Virus genome (UHGV): UHGV-0135268
DNA length: 38,337 nucleotides
From: a virus
Strand: one strand, 5' to 3'
This document shows, in pieces, positions 1 through 8,400 of this stretch (position 1 is its first letter; each line of letters starts with the position of its first letter). The notes below the pieces were generated by a model. The model was not told the DNA's origin and did not search any database. It saw only the letters and a program-made list of their open reading frames with translations. A program made the position numbers and the translations under genes.

Positions 1-971
1 GGGGCATTAATGGCGAAGCAAGACCGTTTGCGGAACACGCCCAGGCGCTACTTGATAGAGCTATTCGCGATGAGAACCCAGGCACAGATGCGAAGGCTGT
101 TTGGCTGAATGATATTGAGCGAGTGAAAGAATTTTTCGCCGATATTTACGCCTGCGATATTGATCTGGAGCATGTTAACGGCTACATCAAAAAATACCAC
201 AGCGAAGCATCAGCGAACGTGCAGAACAGGAAAGTAAGCTTTCTTAAAAAGCTCTTCAGCTATGCGGTCGATGAGTCGCTTATGATGGATAACCCTGCCG
301 AACGCAAAAAAATGCGTCGCGTCGATTCGAAAACTCGTCGCCGCCTCACCCTGGACGACTTCAACAAAATACACCGCGCCGCGCCGTTATGGCTGCAAAC
401 AGCCATGGATCTGGCAATGCAAACCACGCATGCAAGGCTTGAAGTCTCGCGCATTCGTTATTCCATTAAACAGCCAGGCGAAGGCGTGTGTGGATGCGTA
501 TGGTTTCCAGAGCCACAAGGGGAAATCTTCGGCACGCTCTACATTCACCGCCAGAAGGTGCAGCATAAAGAAGCATCTCACGTGGCTATACCGATCGGGT
601 CAGTCCTGAGGGATATCATCGAGCGCAGCCGGGATAATGTGGCTAGCCCTTATGTAGTGCATCGTCTTCCGCTAAAGCGAAGCAATCCCACAAGCAAAGA
701 GGTGCGGCATCCAACACAAGTTGCTCCCGATTATCTCAGCCGTTCGTTTTCAGCAATGCGCGACGAAGTAGGCGTTGGGTCGAACCTGCCAGAGGATCAG
801 CGGCCCACTTTTCACGAGATCAGGGCGCTTTCTGCTTTCCTCTTTAATAAGCAAGGAATTGACCCGCAAGGCCGCATGGCGCACAGCGATGCGAAGTCAA
901 CGAAGATCTACACAGAGAACCATATTGACTGGGTTTGCGTACCACATGGCGAGATAAAAACAGCATCGTAA
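1..971 (+). CDS. int: Tyrosine integrase, C-terminal part (gene begins at 38124 and wraps across the window junction; 394 aa in total)
   Basis: Frame is open from base 3 to the TAA at 971. Catalytic motifs: TTHARLEV (Arg), TFHEIRALS (HxxR), MAHSDAKSTKIY (His...Tyr). Lies next to attP. Confidence 0.95.
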   Translation, partial: GINGEARPFAEHAQALLDRAIRDENPGTDAKAVWLNDIERVKEFFADIYACDIDLEHVNGYIKKYHSEASANVQNRKVSFLKKLFSYAVDESLMMDNPAERKKMRRVDSKTRRRLTLDDFNKIHRAAPLWLQTAMDLAMQTTHARLEVSRIRYSIKQPGEGVCGCVWFPEPQGEIFGTLYIHRQKVQHKEASHVAIPIGSVLRDIIERSRDNVASPYVVHRLPLKRSNPTSKEVRHPTQVAPDYLSRSFSAMRDEVGVGSNLPEDQRPTFHEIRALSAFLFNKQGIDPQGRMAHSDAKSTKIYTENHIDWVCVPHGEIKTAS

Positions 972-991
972 TGGAAGGTAAAATAAGGGGC

Positions 992-1004
992 TAACTGATT
1001 GATG
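992..1004 (-). promoter_or_regulatory. Putative IHF binding site in attP
   Basis: Reverse strand reads CATCAATCAGTTA versus the WATCAANNNNTTR consensus (1 mismatch). Located between int and the att core. Confidence 0.55.
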
Positions 1005-1103
1005 TATATAGTGAGGATTTTGCAAAAAACGCACTGTTTGCATATACATAGGAATGACGCATAAAGCCTTGTGCGACGCGGGTTTGAAGGAGTTTAACTC
1101 GTT

Positions 1104-1151
1104 GTCATGGGGTGTCAGGGGTCGGAGGTTCAAATCCTCTCGTGCCGACCA
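1104..1151 (+). mobile_element. attP identity block: 3' half of tRNA-Pro(GGG) (proL-type), ending in CCA
   Basis: GTCATGGGGTGTCAGGGGTCGGAGGTTCAAATCCTCTCGTGCCGACCA contains the anticodon loop (GGG), T-arm and acceptor 3' strand of enterobacterial tRNA-Pro(GGG). The 5' half is absent. Lies immediately downstream of int. Confidence 0.92.
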
Positions 1152-1163
1152 AAAAATCCCAAG

Positions 1164-1193
1164 AAAACCAACCCGTTGCGGTTGGTTTTTTTT
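1164..1193 (+). terminator. Intrinsic terminator supplied for the restored tRNA after integration
   Basis: AAAACCAACC-cgttgc-GGTTGGTTTT hairpin followed by a T run. Confidence 0.85.
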
Positions 1194-1210
1194 ATGCCTG
1201 CAATTTGGCT

Positions 1211-1243
1211 ATGGTAAAATGATGGCAAAATGATGGTAAAAAC
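1211..1243 (+). repeat. Three tandem 11-bp repeats, putative integrase arm-type sites
   Basis: ATGGTAAAATG / ATGGCAAAATG / ATGGTAAAAAC. A related copy AAGGTAAAATA lies on the other side of the core (975-985). Confidence 0.7.
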
Positions 1244-1421
1244 CCTGTCATTTCGCCCTCCAAAACGACGCGCGTGAGACCCACGGCTTAGAAGTTCCTA
1301 GAACTACCTTTTAACACAATAACTTACCGCGTCATACCTGCGCTCACACGTCCCATGACGCCAAAACATGCAAAGCTATGCAAACCGGTGCAAAGCCTTG
1401 CGTGTCTCACATCTGTCCCAC

Positions 1422-1635
1422 CTACATCACCGGCGAATCGTCGAACTCACCTCCCCGGGCATCGTTAATGACATACGTCACCACACCATAAACGCCCCTC
1501 ACCTCATCCTCTTCATCGGGCAGTGGCCATGTGAAGTTCTTCAACGAATCGACTGGTCGTCACAACCCGGCGCCCACTCTTATCTATCTCCATAGCGTTA
1601 CGAAACGCGAACTCAATATCTTCTCTGCGCGGCAT
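1422..1635 (-). pseudogene. Deletion-fused remnant of an SOS-regulated two-gene cassette (small MPRR.. protein plus UmuD/S24-like protein)
   Basis: ATG 1635 with GGGAGGG RBS gives MPRREDIEFAFRNAMEIDKSGRRVVTTSRFVEEL.., which stops after 40 aa (1513). Another frame gives ..VYGVVTYVINDARGGEFDDSPVM* (TAG 1422), resembling C-termini of prophage UmuD-like proteins as I recall them. A LexA box lies upstream. Confidence 0.6.
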
Positions 1636-1654
1636 ATCCCCTCCCAATAAATTA

Positions 1655-1674
1655 TACTGTTTGGATATGCAGTA
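1655..1674. promoter_or_regulatory. LexA (SOS) box
   Basis: TACTGTTTGGATATGCAGTA matches TACTG-N10-CAGTA, 20 bp upstream of the minus-strand ATG at 1635. Confidence 0.8.
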
Positions 1675-1720
1675 GTTTTATCGAGGAGGGAGATCAAGAC
1701 GGAGCGGCCTATTGATTAGG

Positions 1721-3085
1721 CTAACTGTTATCGGTCTGCTCTTGCCGTGATAATGAAACAGCCCCCTCTGCCGCATTCATTTTCTGGTTGAAAATGGAAT
1801 CAACTGGCATTTCCAGGCGAAGATCAATCCATCGACCAGGGGGAATATCCATCGGGTCACCGGCCACTATCATTGCCGTATCGATATCGAAGCGGCGTTT
1901 AAAGACGGAAACGGTAATTACACCGTCGGCAGCAACATCAGTTTCGACAAAACACAGCCGGTTGCCGTTATTGTCCTGCGGGATCTCTATGGTCCAGCCG
2001 TCAGGGTGAAGCCCAAAAGCCCCGCTGACTCTGTAGACGCCTGTATCGACGCGCTCCGCTGTTACGCCCTCCGCCTCAAGATTCACCGCGGCAACGCCCG
2101 CCAACGAGAATCCGCCGTCAGTGAATGTCGGCGGCATTATCTCCGGGTAGCTGGTGAGCCTGGCGATAGGAGACGCCTGCTTTATAAATCCATTTCCGTC
2201 TACGGTGGTGTTTCGCTGATTCCAGATTTTATACGTGGTGAGATATGAGAAGCCATCCGCTGCTCGAATTGGGATACGGAACGCCTGCAATGCGCTGTTA
2301 ACTGCAATCTGCCAGGAAGCAGAAGGAGCGGAGGAGTCACCCCAACCACGCACAGACAGCAGGCCGACATAATCGCCTGTTGCGCCGTATTTGGTAGCAT
2401 CCTGAATACCTCCTGACACACCTCGCGGAAAGTTTTGCACATCGTCATAACCAACAATGTTGCGAAAGTCGGCATTGGTCTGCAACGCCACGCCTACACC
2501 CGCCGTATCACCGTATAATGCAGTGTGGACGTTTCGTGTTGCCGAGTCTCCGAGCTCGAGGTTTTTGCGGGCGCCTGAAGCAGTAGTGGACCCGGTTCCG
2601 CCCTCAGACACAGGAACGGCGCCATCAACCTTATCAGCCTTCCCATCCAGCGCTGTTTTATCCGCTTTTGCCGCCATGTCAGTCGTAAGCTTTTTAAAGC
2701 TACTGACAGTGACCTGCGTACCGTCAGGCGCTTCCAGCGTGATGCTACCCGTGCCGGTCATTATTTCCTGCCAGCCATCCATCTGAGCCTGGTAGTAGCT
2801 GAGCTGGGCTGACAGACGGCGGGCAAAGTCCGGCACGCTGTCACTGTAAAAGCTCATGATGGCATAGGCCTGCCCTGCCGCCACGGTTCCGGCGTCATCG
2901 TTCAGGGTAAGTTGCGTGGCGCTGTCCACACGCGAGATTTCATAAACCTTAACGGTACCGGCGCCGGGGATAAGCAGCGCCTGGCCCGGGCCGATACCCA
3001 TTTTATTATCGGTCCAGTTCGTGCCAGTACCGGTTACGGTTTTCCCGGCAACCGCAATGGTGCCGCTTCTGTACCATGCAGACAT
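1721..3085 (-). CDS. Tail fibre / receptor-binding protein
   Basis: N-terminus WYRSGTIAVAGKTVTGTGTNW and C-terminal NTTVDGNGFIKQASP...IPQDNNGNRLCFV...WIDLRLEMP are typical of enterobacterial siphophage fibres. Last gene of the tail operon. ATG 3085 chosen for its GGAG RBS. Confidence 0.85.
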   Translation of the reverse strand: MSAWYRSGTIAVAGKTVTGTGTNWTDNKMGIGPGQALLIPGAGTVKVYEISRVDSATQLTLNDDAGTVAAGQAYAIMSFYSDSVPDFARRLSAQLSYYQAQMDGWQEIMTGTGSITLEAPDGTQVTVSSFKKLTTDMAAKADKTALDGKADKVDGAVPVSEGGTGSTTASGARKNLELGDSATRNVHTALYGDTAGVGVALQTNADFRNIVGYDDVQNFPRGVSGGIQDATKYGATGDYVGLLSVRGWGDSSAPSASWQIAVNSALQAFRIPIRAADGFSYLTTYKIWNQRNTTVDGNGFIKQASPIARLTSYPEIMPPTFTDGGFSLAGVAAVNLEAEGVTAERVDTGVYRVSGAFGLHPDGWTIEIPQDNNGNRLCFVETDVAADGVITVSVFKRRFDIDTAMIVAGDPMDIPPGRWIDLRLEMPVDSIFNQKMNAAEGAVSLSRQEQTDNS

Positions 3086-3096
3086 ATTCACTCCAT

Positions 3097-3118
3097 AAAA
3101 AAACCCTGCGTGGCAGGG
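3097..3118 (-). terminator. Intrinsic terminator upstream of the tail fibre gene
   Basis: CCCTGC-cac-GCAGGG followed by T7 on the minus strand. Confidence 0.7.
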
Positions 3119-3123
3119 CGTGG

Positions 3124-4131
3124 TCAGAAGTAATCGGAACCCCAGATAACCGGCACCGTTTTACCTCTGTAGGGGATGGCCTCGACATCAGGAAGCATAT
3201 TTGTGCCGACATGCAGATAACGCAGGCCGGGACCATAGCCGAGAGAATTGTTATTCATGGCAAGGTTGACCTGCCATGTATCGGACTTGTTTGTGGTTTT
3301 CGCGCCCATGCTGGCAGGCTGGATCATGGGCATATTCCCGGGCGAGCTGAAAGCGCTCCAGTTGCCGTAGTACATGGGAAGCGAGGCCCACTGGCGCACC
3401 ACCAGCGGTGTTTCTGCTGAGGTAAAGCTGACACCTCCATCGGCGCCGTAAATCATCAGCCCCCAGTCAGGAATTGTCGGGGTTTTAATATCGAAAACGC
3501 ATACATTTAGTTGCACGCTGAATCCGCCCACCACGCCCCAGTTGCTGTAGCCGATGAGCTGGCGAGAGTTGCGATCAAAGTAAAGGCCAATGCTTTCCGC
3601 AGGGCAGTTGCAGAACACCATGGCGTTCCCGGAACAGTTCAGCTGCATGATGCCGGTGAAGGGGCCGCTGTACGTCTGCGTCAGAAACAGACTGGCCGCG
3701 GAATTGACCACCGCCGGGAACGCGCCGCCCTGCGCCACATACAGGCCCCAGCCATCATTTGTCACCGGCTGCTGGTAAATCGCCAGCACCCAGAACGCCG
3801 TGGGCTGCCTGCTCGCAGGCCATACCCAGTTACCAGTGCCGAATCCCGGAAGTGAAATAGTGACGACCCGATCATTAACATCAATGTTAATGGGCACCAC
3901 GTTGTAGCCAATTACGGTAGCAGACTCGAGGACAGCAGCGCAGACATCAGTCCACACAACGAGTTGCACCCCGGCAGGCACTACGCCCCGGAAGTCAAAC
4001 GTGCTGGAAGCGCCACTGTTGAGGTTCACCTCGCCACGACCGATGCGGCGGATAAATTGCAGCGGCGCGGCATCACCAACGTTTATCGCCTTTCCCGACG
4101 AGGAGAACACCTGCAGGCCGAAATCACTCAT
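3124..4131 (-). CDS. Tail tip accessory protein (DUF6453-like, internally repeated)
   Basis: Sits between the J-like gene and the fibre. Repeated motif DFGLQVF / GWGLYV / DWGLMIY. 4-bp overlap with the upstream gene. Confidence 0.65.
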   Translation of the reverse strand: MSDFGLQVFSSSGKAINVGDAAPLQFIRRIGRGEVNLNSGASSTFDFRGVVPAGVQLVVWTDVCAAVLESATVIGYNVVPINIDVNDRVVTISLPGFGTGNWVWPASRQPTAFWVLAIYQQPVTNDGWGLYVAQGGAFPAVVNSAASLFLTQTYSGPFTGIMQLNCSGNAMVFCNCPAESIGLYFDRNSRQLIGYSNWGVVGGFSVQLNVCVFDIKTPTIPDWGLMIYGADGGVSFTSAETPLVVRQWASLPMYYGNWSAFSSPGNMPMIQPASMGAKTTNKSDTWQVNLAMNNNSLGYGPGLRYLHVGTNMLPDVEAIPYRGKTVPVIWGSDYF

Positions 4132-6800
4132 TTCAGGTACCCCAGTTTGATTTTGATATTGCCTGCCCCGTCGTAACAGGCTATCAGGTTATTTGTGATC
4201 ATCAGGCGCCCGCTGCCTGCAATCGACCCGTTAACCTCAAACGACCCGTCGGCGGACATCATCGTTCCGGTCTGCCGGGGCACATAGTTGGCTGAATACC
4301 AGCTGCCGATTTTCGCGAGCGTGATGGAGGCATAGTCAATCAGAGCCTCGTTCAGGAACACCTGGCCGTTTTTAATCGCCATCGCCAGCTTCATGCTGCC
4401 GTTGTACGGGTTATAGAAGCCCATGGTATTGGCGCTGACCAGGAAATAGCTCTGCACGTTTCCGCCGTTCCCTTCAACCCCGAGCTGCATGCCCGCCACA
4501 TAGGCCTGGCCGTTGCTGTCAACCTGTACCTTTGCACCCCACTGTGCAGAGAGCTTGCCGTTGAGATCGGCGTAGGCGCTGGATACCTGCTGCACAGCAG
4601 CGCTGTTTTCATCTGCTACCGCCGTCAGCTGCTCAAATTTCTCGGCATAGGCGGAATCATTGGTCAGGATCAGCGTATCAATGCGCAGAATTTCAGCCCA
4701 AACCTTGCCGTCCTGTTTGCGGCGGCGCTGCACATCAGCATCGTTTGCAAGGGCGTTTTCGATAATAGCGTCGGTGCTGGTATCAATTACCCGCTCAAGG
4801 TTCCGGAAAGCCTCAGAGCCGCTTATTTCCTTCGCTATCTGATCCAGTAAATCGCCGGTATCCGTGGTGCAGACTGCGGCCACTTCAACGAACGCTGACG
4901 CGCCAAAAGCGTTTATGGTGCGGATGTACCAGTAATAGGTGTGGTCGATCTGCAACTCGTTACTGGTCCACATTGCACCCATGCCGGCGCGGCTGGCATT
5001 TGCCTCAACGGTTGCGGTGGAGGCGTCAGCGAGTCGGGTTTCGCCGCTGGTCCAGAAATCGAACTGCGTGGAGACATTAGTGATTTCTGCCAGGCGCGGG
5101 ATCAGCGTGATGGCAAAATAGCCCTGCTCCACGTCCACTTTGTTCGGTGGCGGGGGCGCCTCGATGCTGAATTCGAGATATGCCTCCGGCGAGTGGCCGC
5201 CCGTATAGCTCACTGCCACCACATGCGCGGTGTAGGTATCCCGCAACAGCCCGGTGAGGCGCGTGAACGAGCCCGGCACCTGAACCGAAAGCACCGGCAC
5301 ACCGTCGCGGCGGATAATTACCTGGTTATAGGCAACCTGCCCGACGTTCTGCCACGACAGCACACCCTGCACCACCTGGCCGATTTCCTCGACCGTATAG
5401 CGCAGGTTCTGCGGCTGCGCGGTACCGCCCGGTGAAAGCTGGGTGAAGTCCGGGCGGGTGATGGGTTTGCCGATGGCGTCACCCCAGACGTCCGCCGTTT
5501 CCTGCTTCAGCGTCAGCTGCACGCCGTTCTGCACGCCGAATTTCCAGTCGGTGACGCGCATTTCCACGTCCACGATACCGAGCGAGGGGAAATTCACCTT
5601 TACGTACATGCCCGGGCGGTAGCGGTACCCGCTGAGGTTCAGCGGCACGTTCATGGTGCGGGAAATCCGGGTGCGCTTGAGCCTGATATCTGCCAGGCGC
5701 TGCGCCTGAAACTCGCTGGTCACAAAACGAAGCTTCAGATCCTGGCTGATTTCCACGCCGTCTTCGGCAACCCACTCAGAAACGGAAACCGCCGGGAAGT
5801 CCACTTCGGAGTCGTTCTGCTGCGGATCGATAAAGGTGCCGTTGATGGTGTTCACACGTTCGGACTGCGACACCTCCGGCATAATTTCGATATCACCGGC
5901 GATCTGGCTTTCAGTGATAACTTCCGTGGCGGGACCATAATAGGCGCCGACCAGTATCCCGTGTTTTCCGCCGACATACGTCGGCTCACCGGCACAGGCA
6001 GAAAGCATCGCATCAAGAATGCTTGCCTTATTCTCGGAGAGGTCGAACTCGCCGTTCAGCGTATACCGCCGCTCCATGGTACCGTCGGCGCTGCTTACCA
6101 GCTCGTCGCTGATATTGGCCGCCTCCTGGAACTGATCGAAGTTGATTTCGCTGTCCGGCACTTTCAGGTAGTTGCGGTAATAGTCCAGGATGCACAGCGC
6201 GGCATTGTTGCTGTAACCCGTCAGCCCGGTGCGCGGGTCATAAACCGGACGACCGAACTTCTCCACGCGCACGTTAGGGATGCCGGACGGGAATTTCTCG
6301 GCGTTGAATTTCAGCGACAGTCGCAGCCAGGCGATACCGCGCCCGATCATGTCCGGCTTCCACGATGCACAGTTCGCCAGCATGTACGGGTCTGCCGTCT
6401 GACGGTCGTTGTGCACCTCATACGTGGCGTAATCGCCGTAAATGCCTATCTCATCATCACCGAGCAGAACCTTACCGGTGCTGCTGAGCGGATGTCCGGC
6501 CAGCGTGATCGCCAGGTGCAGCATTTCGCCGTCGGTCTGGGTGCCTGCCTGCTCCTCAGCAAAAAACAGTGTGCCAGCGGAAAGCGTGCGGCCGTAAACC
6601 ACCGTCTTCGGGCTGGCCGCCGCGCGCAGCACCTGCTTGCGTTCGGAGTTGTCGCGATAGGCATCAAGCGACGGCTTTTTGGTCAGCGCCATGGTCGCCA
6701 CCTGCGCGGCGATGGTGATAGCAAGGGCAATACCCGTGGCGCCATTAACGGCCGCCACACCCGCAGCGACTGTGGCAACAATCGGAATGGCAGCAGGCAT
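4128..6800 (-). CDS. Central tail tip / host-specificity protein (J-like; FN3 and DUF1983-like C-terminus)
   Basis: About 890 aa. YYWYIRTINAFGAS FN3-like motif and LSAQWGAKVQVDSNGQAYVAGMQLG DUF1983-like motif. Start at ATG 6800 overlaps the upstream TGA. Confidence 0.88.
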   Translation of the reverse strand: MPAAIPIVATVAAGVAAVNGATGIALAITIAAQVATMALTKKPSLDAYRDNSERKQVLRAAASPKTVVYGRTLSAGTLFFAEEQAGTQTDGEMLHLAITLAGHPLSSTGKVLLGDDEIGIYGDYATYEVHNDRQTADPYMLANCASWKPDMIGRGIAWLRLSLKFNAEKFPSGIPNVRVEKFGRPVYDPRTGLTGYSNNAALCILDYYRNYLKVPDSEINFDQFQEAANISDELVSSADGTMERRYTLNGEFDLSENKASILDAMLSACAGEPTYVGGKHGILVGAYYGPATEVITESQIAGDIEIMPEVSQSERVNTINGTFIDPQQNDSEVDFPAVSVSEWVAEDGVEISQDLKLRFVTSEFQAQRLADIRLKRTRISRTMNVPLNLSGYRYRPGMYVKVNFPSLGIVDVEMRVTDWKFGVQNGVQLTLKQETADVWGDAIGKPITRPDFTQLSPGGTAQPQNLRYTVEEIGQVVQGVLSWQNVGQVAYNQVIIRRDGVPVLSVQVPGSFTRLTGLLRDTYTAHVVAVSYTGGHSPEAYLEFSIEAPPPPNKVDVEQGYFAITLIPRLAEITNVSTQFDFWTSGETRLADASTATVEANASRAGMGAMWTSNELQIDHTYYWYIRTINAFGASAFVEVAAVCTTDTGDLLDQIAKEISGSEAFRNLERVIDTSTDAIIENALANDADVQRRRKQDGKVWAEILRIDTLILTNDSAYAEKFEQLTAVADENSAAVQQVSSAYADLNGKLSAQWGAKVQVDSNGQAYVAGMQLGVEGNGGNVQSYFLVSANTMGFYNPYNGSMKLAMAIKNGQVFLNEALIDYASITLAKIGSWYSANYVPRQTGTMMSADGSFEVNGSIAGSGRLMITNNLIACYDGAGNIKIKLGYLK

Positions 6801-7198
6801 CAGCGAACCCTCCACGCGCTCAGCGGTTTCACCCGCAGACAGACCAGACCGTTTTCACCAGGCACCCATACGGCGCCGCCGTATATCACCCCGGCGCAAC
6901 GGGTACCGGCGTTTTCCATCACGGCAATATCGCCGCGCTGCGCCAGCTTCACCGGCACCTCATCGAGATAACGCGCCAGCACCTTTTCAAGCGTACCGCC
7001 ACCGCGCAGGATCGCCTTCTTTGCGCCGGTTTCATTGCTGTAGGTGCCGCGCCACTCAGCGGCGAAATCCTCGCCGCACATTGCCTGCGCGCAGTCTGCC
7101 GCGAACAGGCAGCAGTCGTGCTCGCCCCATAAAAAAGGCCGCTTCTCAGCGGCCTTCATCACGGCGGTTAATCTGTTATGCCAGTCCGGGTGTTTCAT
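6800..7198 (-). CDS. Tail tip assembly protein, NlpC/P60-like (DUF6950-type)
   Basis: PFLWGEHDCCLFAAD and AQRGDI motifs. Position matches lambda K. Confidence 0.75.
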   Translation of the reverse strand: MKHPDWHNRLTAVMKAAEKRPFLWGEHDCCLFAADCAQAMCGEDFAAEWRGTYSNETGAKKAILRGGGTLEKVLARYLDEVPVKLAQRGDIAVMENAGTRCAGVIYGGAVWVPGENGLVCLRVKPLSAWRVR

Positions 7199-7204
7199 GT
7201 GTCC

Positions 7205-7789
7205 TCACGAATAGGTAAAGCCCGGCGCGTCTTTTTTGCTGCCCCAGTAAATAGGGCGCTCCGCCATCTGCGCCACGTAGCGGAACAGCCGGTCGCCGGG
7301 CTGCGCGGCCTGGTGCGACTCGTCGGTATAACGGTCCGGGAAAGGGCGCTGCCAGTCTTCAAACACGTTAGAAACGGTGTACTGCAGGGCGTTGGTTTCG
7401 CCAGCGGTCGCACCGGTGGAAGATACTTTGCCCTTGAAAATCAGGTCTGCCACCCGCGCAACGCCGGAATCGTCCATTGCCACAAGGTATATTTCTGCCT
7501 GGCGGCCCACGCACCGCTCGTTCAGTGTCTTCGCGAACAGCGACAGGTCGAGCCCGGAAATCGTCAGTTTCAGCTGTGTGGGGCTGGTCGTGCCGGACTC
7601 CTGGACATCATCCACCGCACCCAGTGCGCCGACGCCGTAATAGACGTAACCGCCGAGTACCAGCGTGCCGGTACCGGAATGCACGTAAGCGGTGCCGGAC
7701 TCAAACTGGACCTGCGCGGCAATGACTGCCGTCACGCGGTCGCGGGAAAGGTAATCCACCATCGAATCTGAGAAAGGGGAGTACAGCAT
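7205..7789 (-). CDS. Minor tail / hub protein (gpL-like position)
   Basis: Follows the distal tail gene. RYTDESHQ...PGDRLFRYV motif typical of this tail module. Confidence 0.7.
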   Translation of the reverse strand: MLYSPFSDSMVDYLSRDRVTAVIAAQVQFESGTAYVHSGTGTLVLGGYVYYGVGALGAVDDVQESGTTSPTQLKLTISGLDLSLFAKTLNERCVGRQAEIYLVAMDDSGVARVADLIFKGKVSSTGATAGETNALQYTVSNVFEDWQRPFPDRYTDESHQAAQPGDRLFRYVAQMAERPIYWGSKKDAPGFTYS

Positions 7790-8385
7790 CAGAACGCCTC
7801 CTCAAATTCCAGGGTAAAGCTGGTAAACACGCCCGGCACGCGGGAGGCGTTGCCCTGGCTGTTATCCTTCAGCTTGAAGATGCCGTACGGCGAGGCCACC
7901 TCTATCGCGGCGTTCGCCGGCGGTGCGGTGCGCAGCATCGGCGCAATCTGTATGGTGGCGGTGCCGTCGGCGGCGCTGGTTATATCTGCTGTCACCATTT
8001 TCAGTTCGTCATTCACCGTGATGTAATCCCCGGCACGCAGCACCAGTCTGGATGTTGCCCAGCCGCGGGTGAGGAGCAGCACACCGGACTGGTTCGGGTC
8101 AGACACCACCGGCGCGCCCGCAGGATTGCGCCCATCCCTGCCCTTGTCGCGCAGCCTGACGCGACCATATTCGCCATCGAGCGCCGCCAGCAGCGCTTCA
8201 ATGCGGCGGGCCTGCGCGTCGCTCTGGTTGCTGAAGGTAAGCGAACACACCCAGCGGGAGCCGGGCGTGCGGACGGTCTGGGAGGTGCCATTGAAGGGGG
8301 AGCGGAAAGTGCGGGTGCTGCTTTCAAGCCGCCAGGTCAGGGACGAGGGGCAGATATCATCAGGCCAGTCGTACACGTCGGCCAT
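7789..8385 (-). CDS. Distal tail protein
   Basis: Immediately after the tape measure gene. FRSPFNGTSQTV..PGSRW motif. Confidence 0.7.
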   Translation of the reverse strand: MADVYDWPDDICPSSLTWRLESSTRTFRSPFNGTSQTVRTPGSRWVCSLTFSNQSDAQARRIEALLAALDGEYGRVRLRDKGRDGRNPAGAPVVSDPNQSGVLLLTRGWATSRLVLRAGDYITVNDELKMVTADITSAADGTATIQIAPMLRTAPPANAAIEVASPYGIFKLKDNSQGNASRVPGVFTSFTLEFEEAF

Positions 8386-8400
8386 AGGTTTCTCCTGGTA

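Noticed and set aside
1035..1050. Second LexA box (CTGTTTGCATATACAT) in attP
   Set aside because: The right half-site is CAT rather than the near-invariant CAG, and no gene start is suitably placed.
1104..1151. Complete tRNA-Pro gene
   Set aside because: Only the anticodon-to-CCA half is present. Upstream sequence cannot form the D-arm or 5' acceptor strand, so it is the attP identity block.
1368..1595. Plus-strand 75-aa ORF
   Set aside because: It is antisense to the SOS-cassette remnant, has no RBS and has atypical composition.
1721..4131. Diversity-generating retroelement or invertible tail-fibre cassette
   Set aside because: I found no RT, invertase, template/variable repeat pair or inverted crossover sites by eye.
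5961..6971. Long plus-strand ORF (336 aa), and similar ones at 14792-15385, 15902-16702 and 19824-20504
   Set aside because: These are antisense shadows of GC-rich structural genes with no recognisable motifs.
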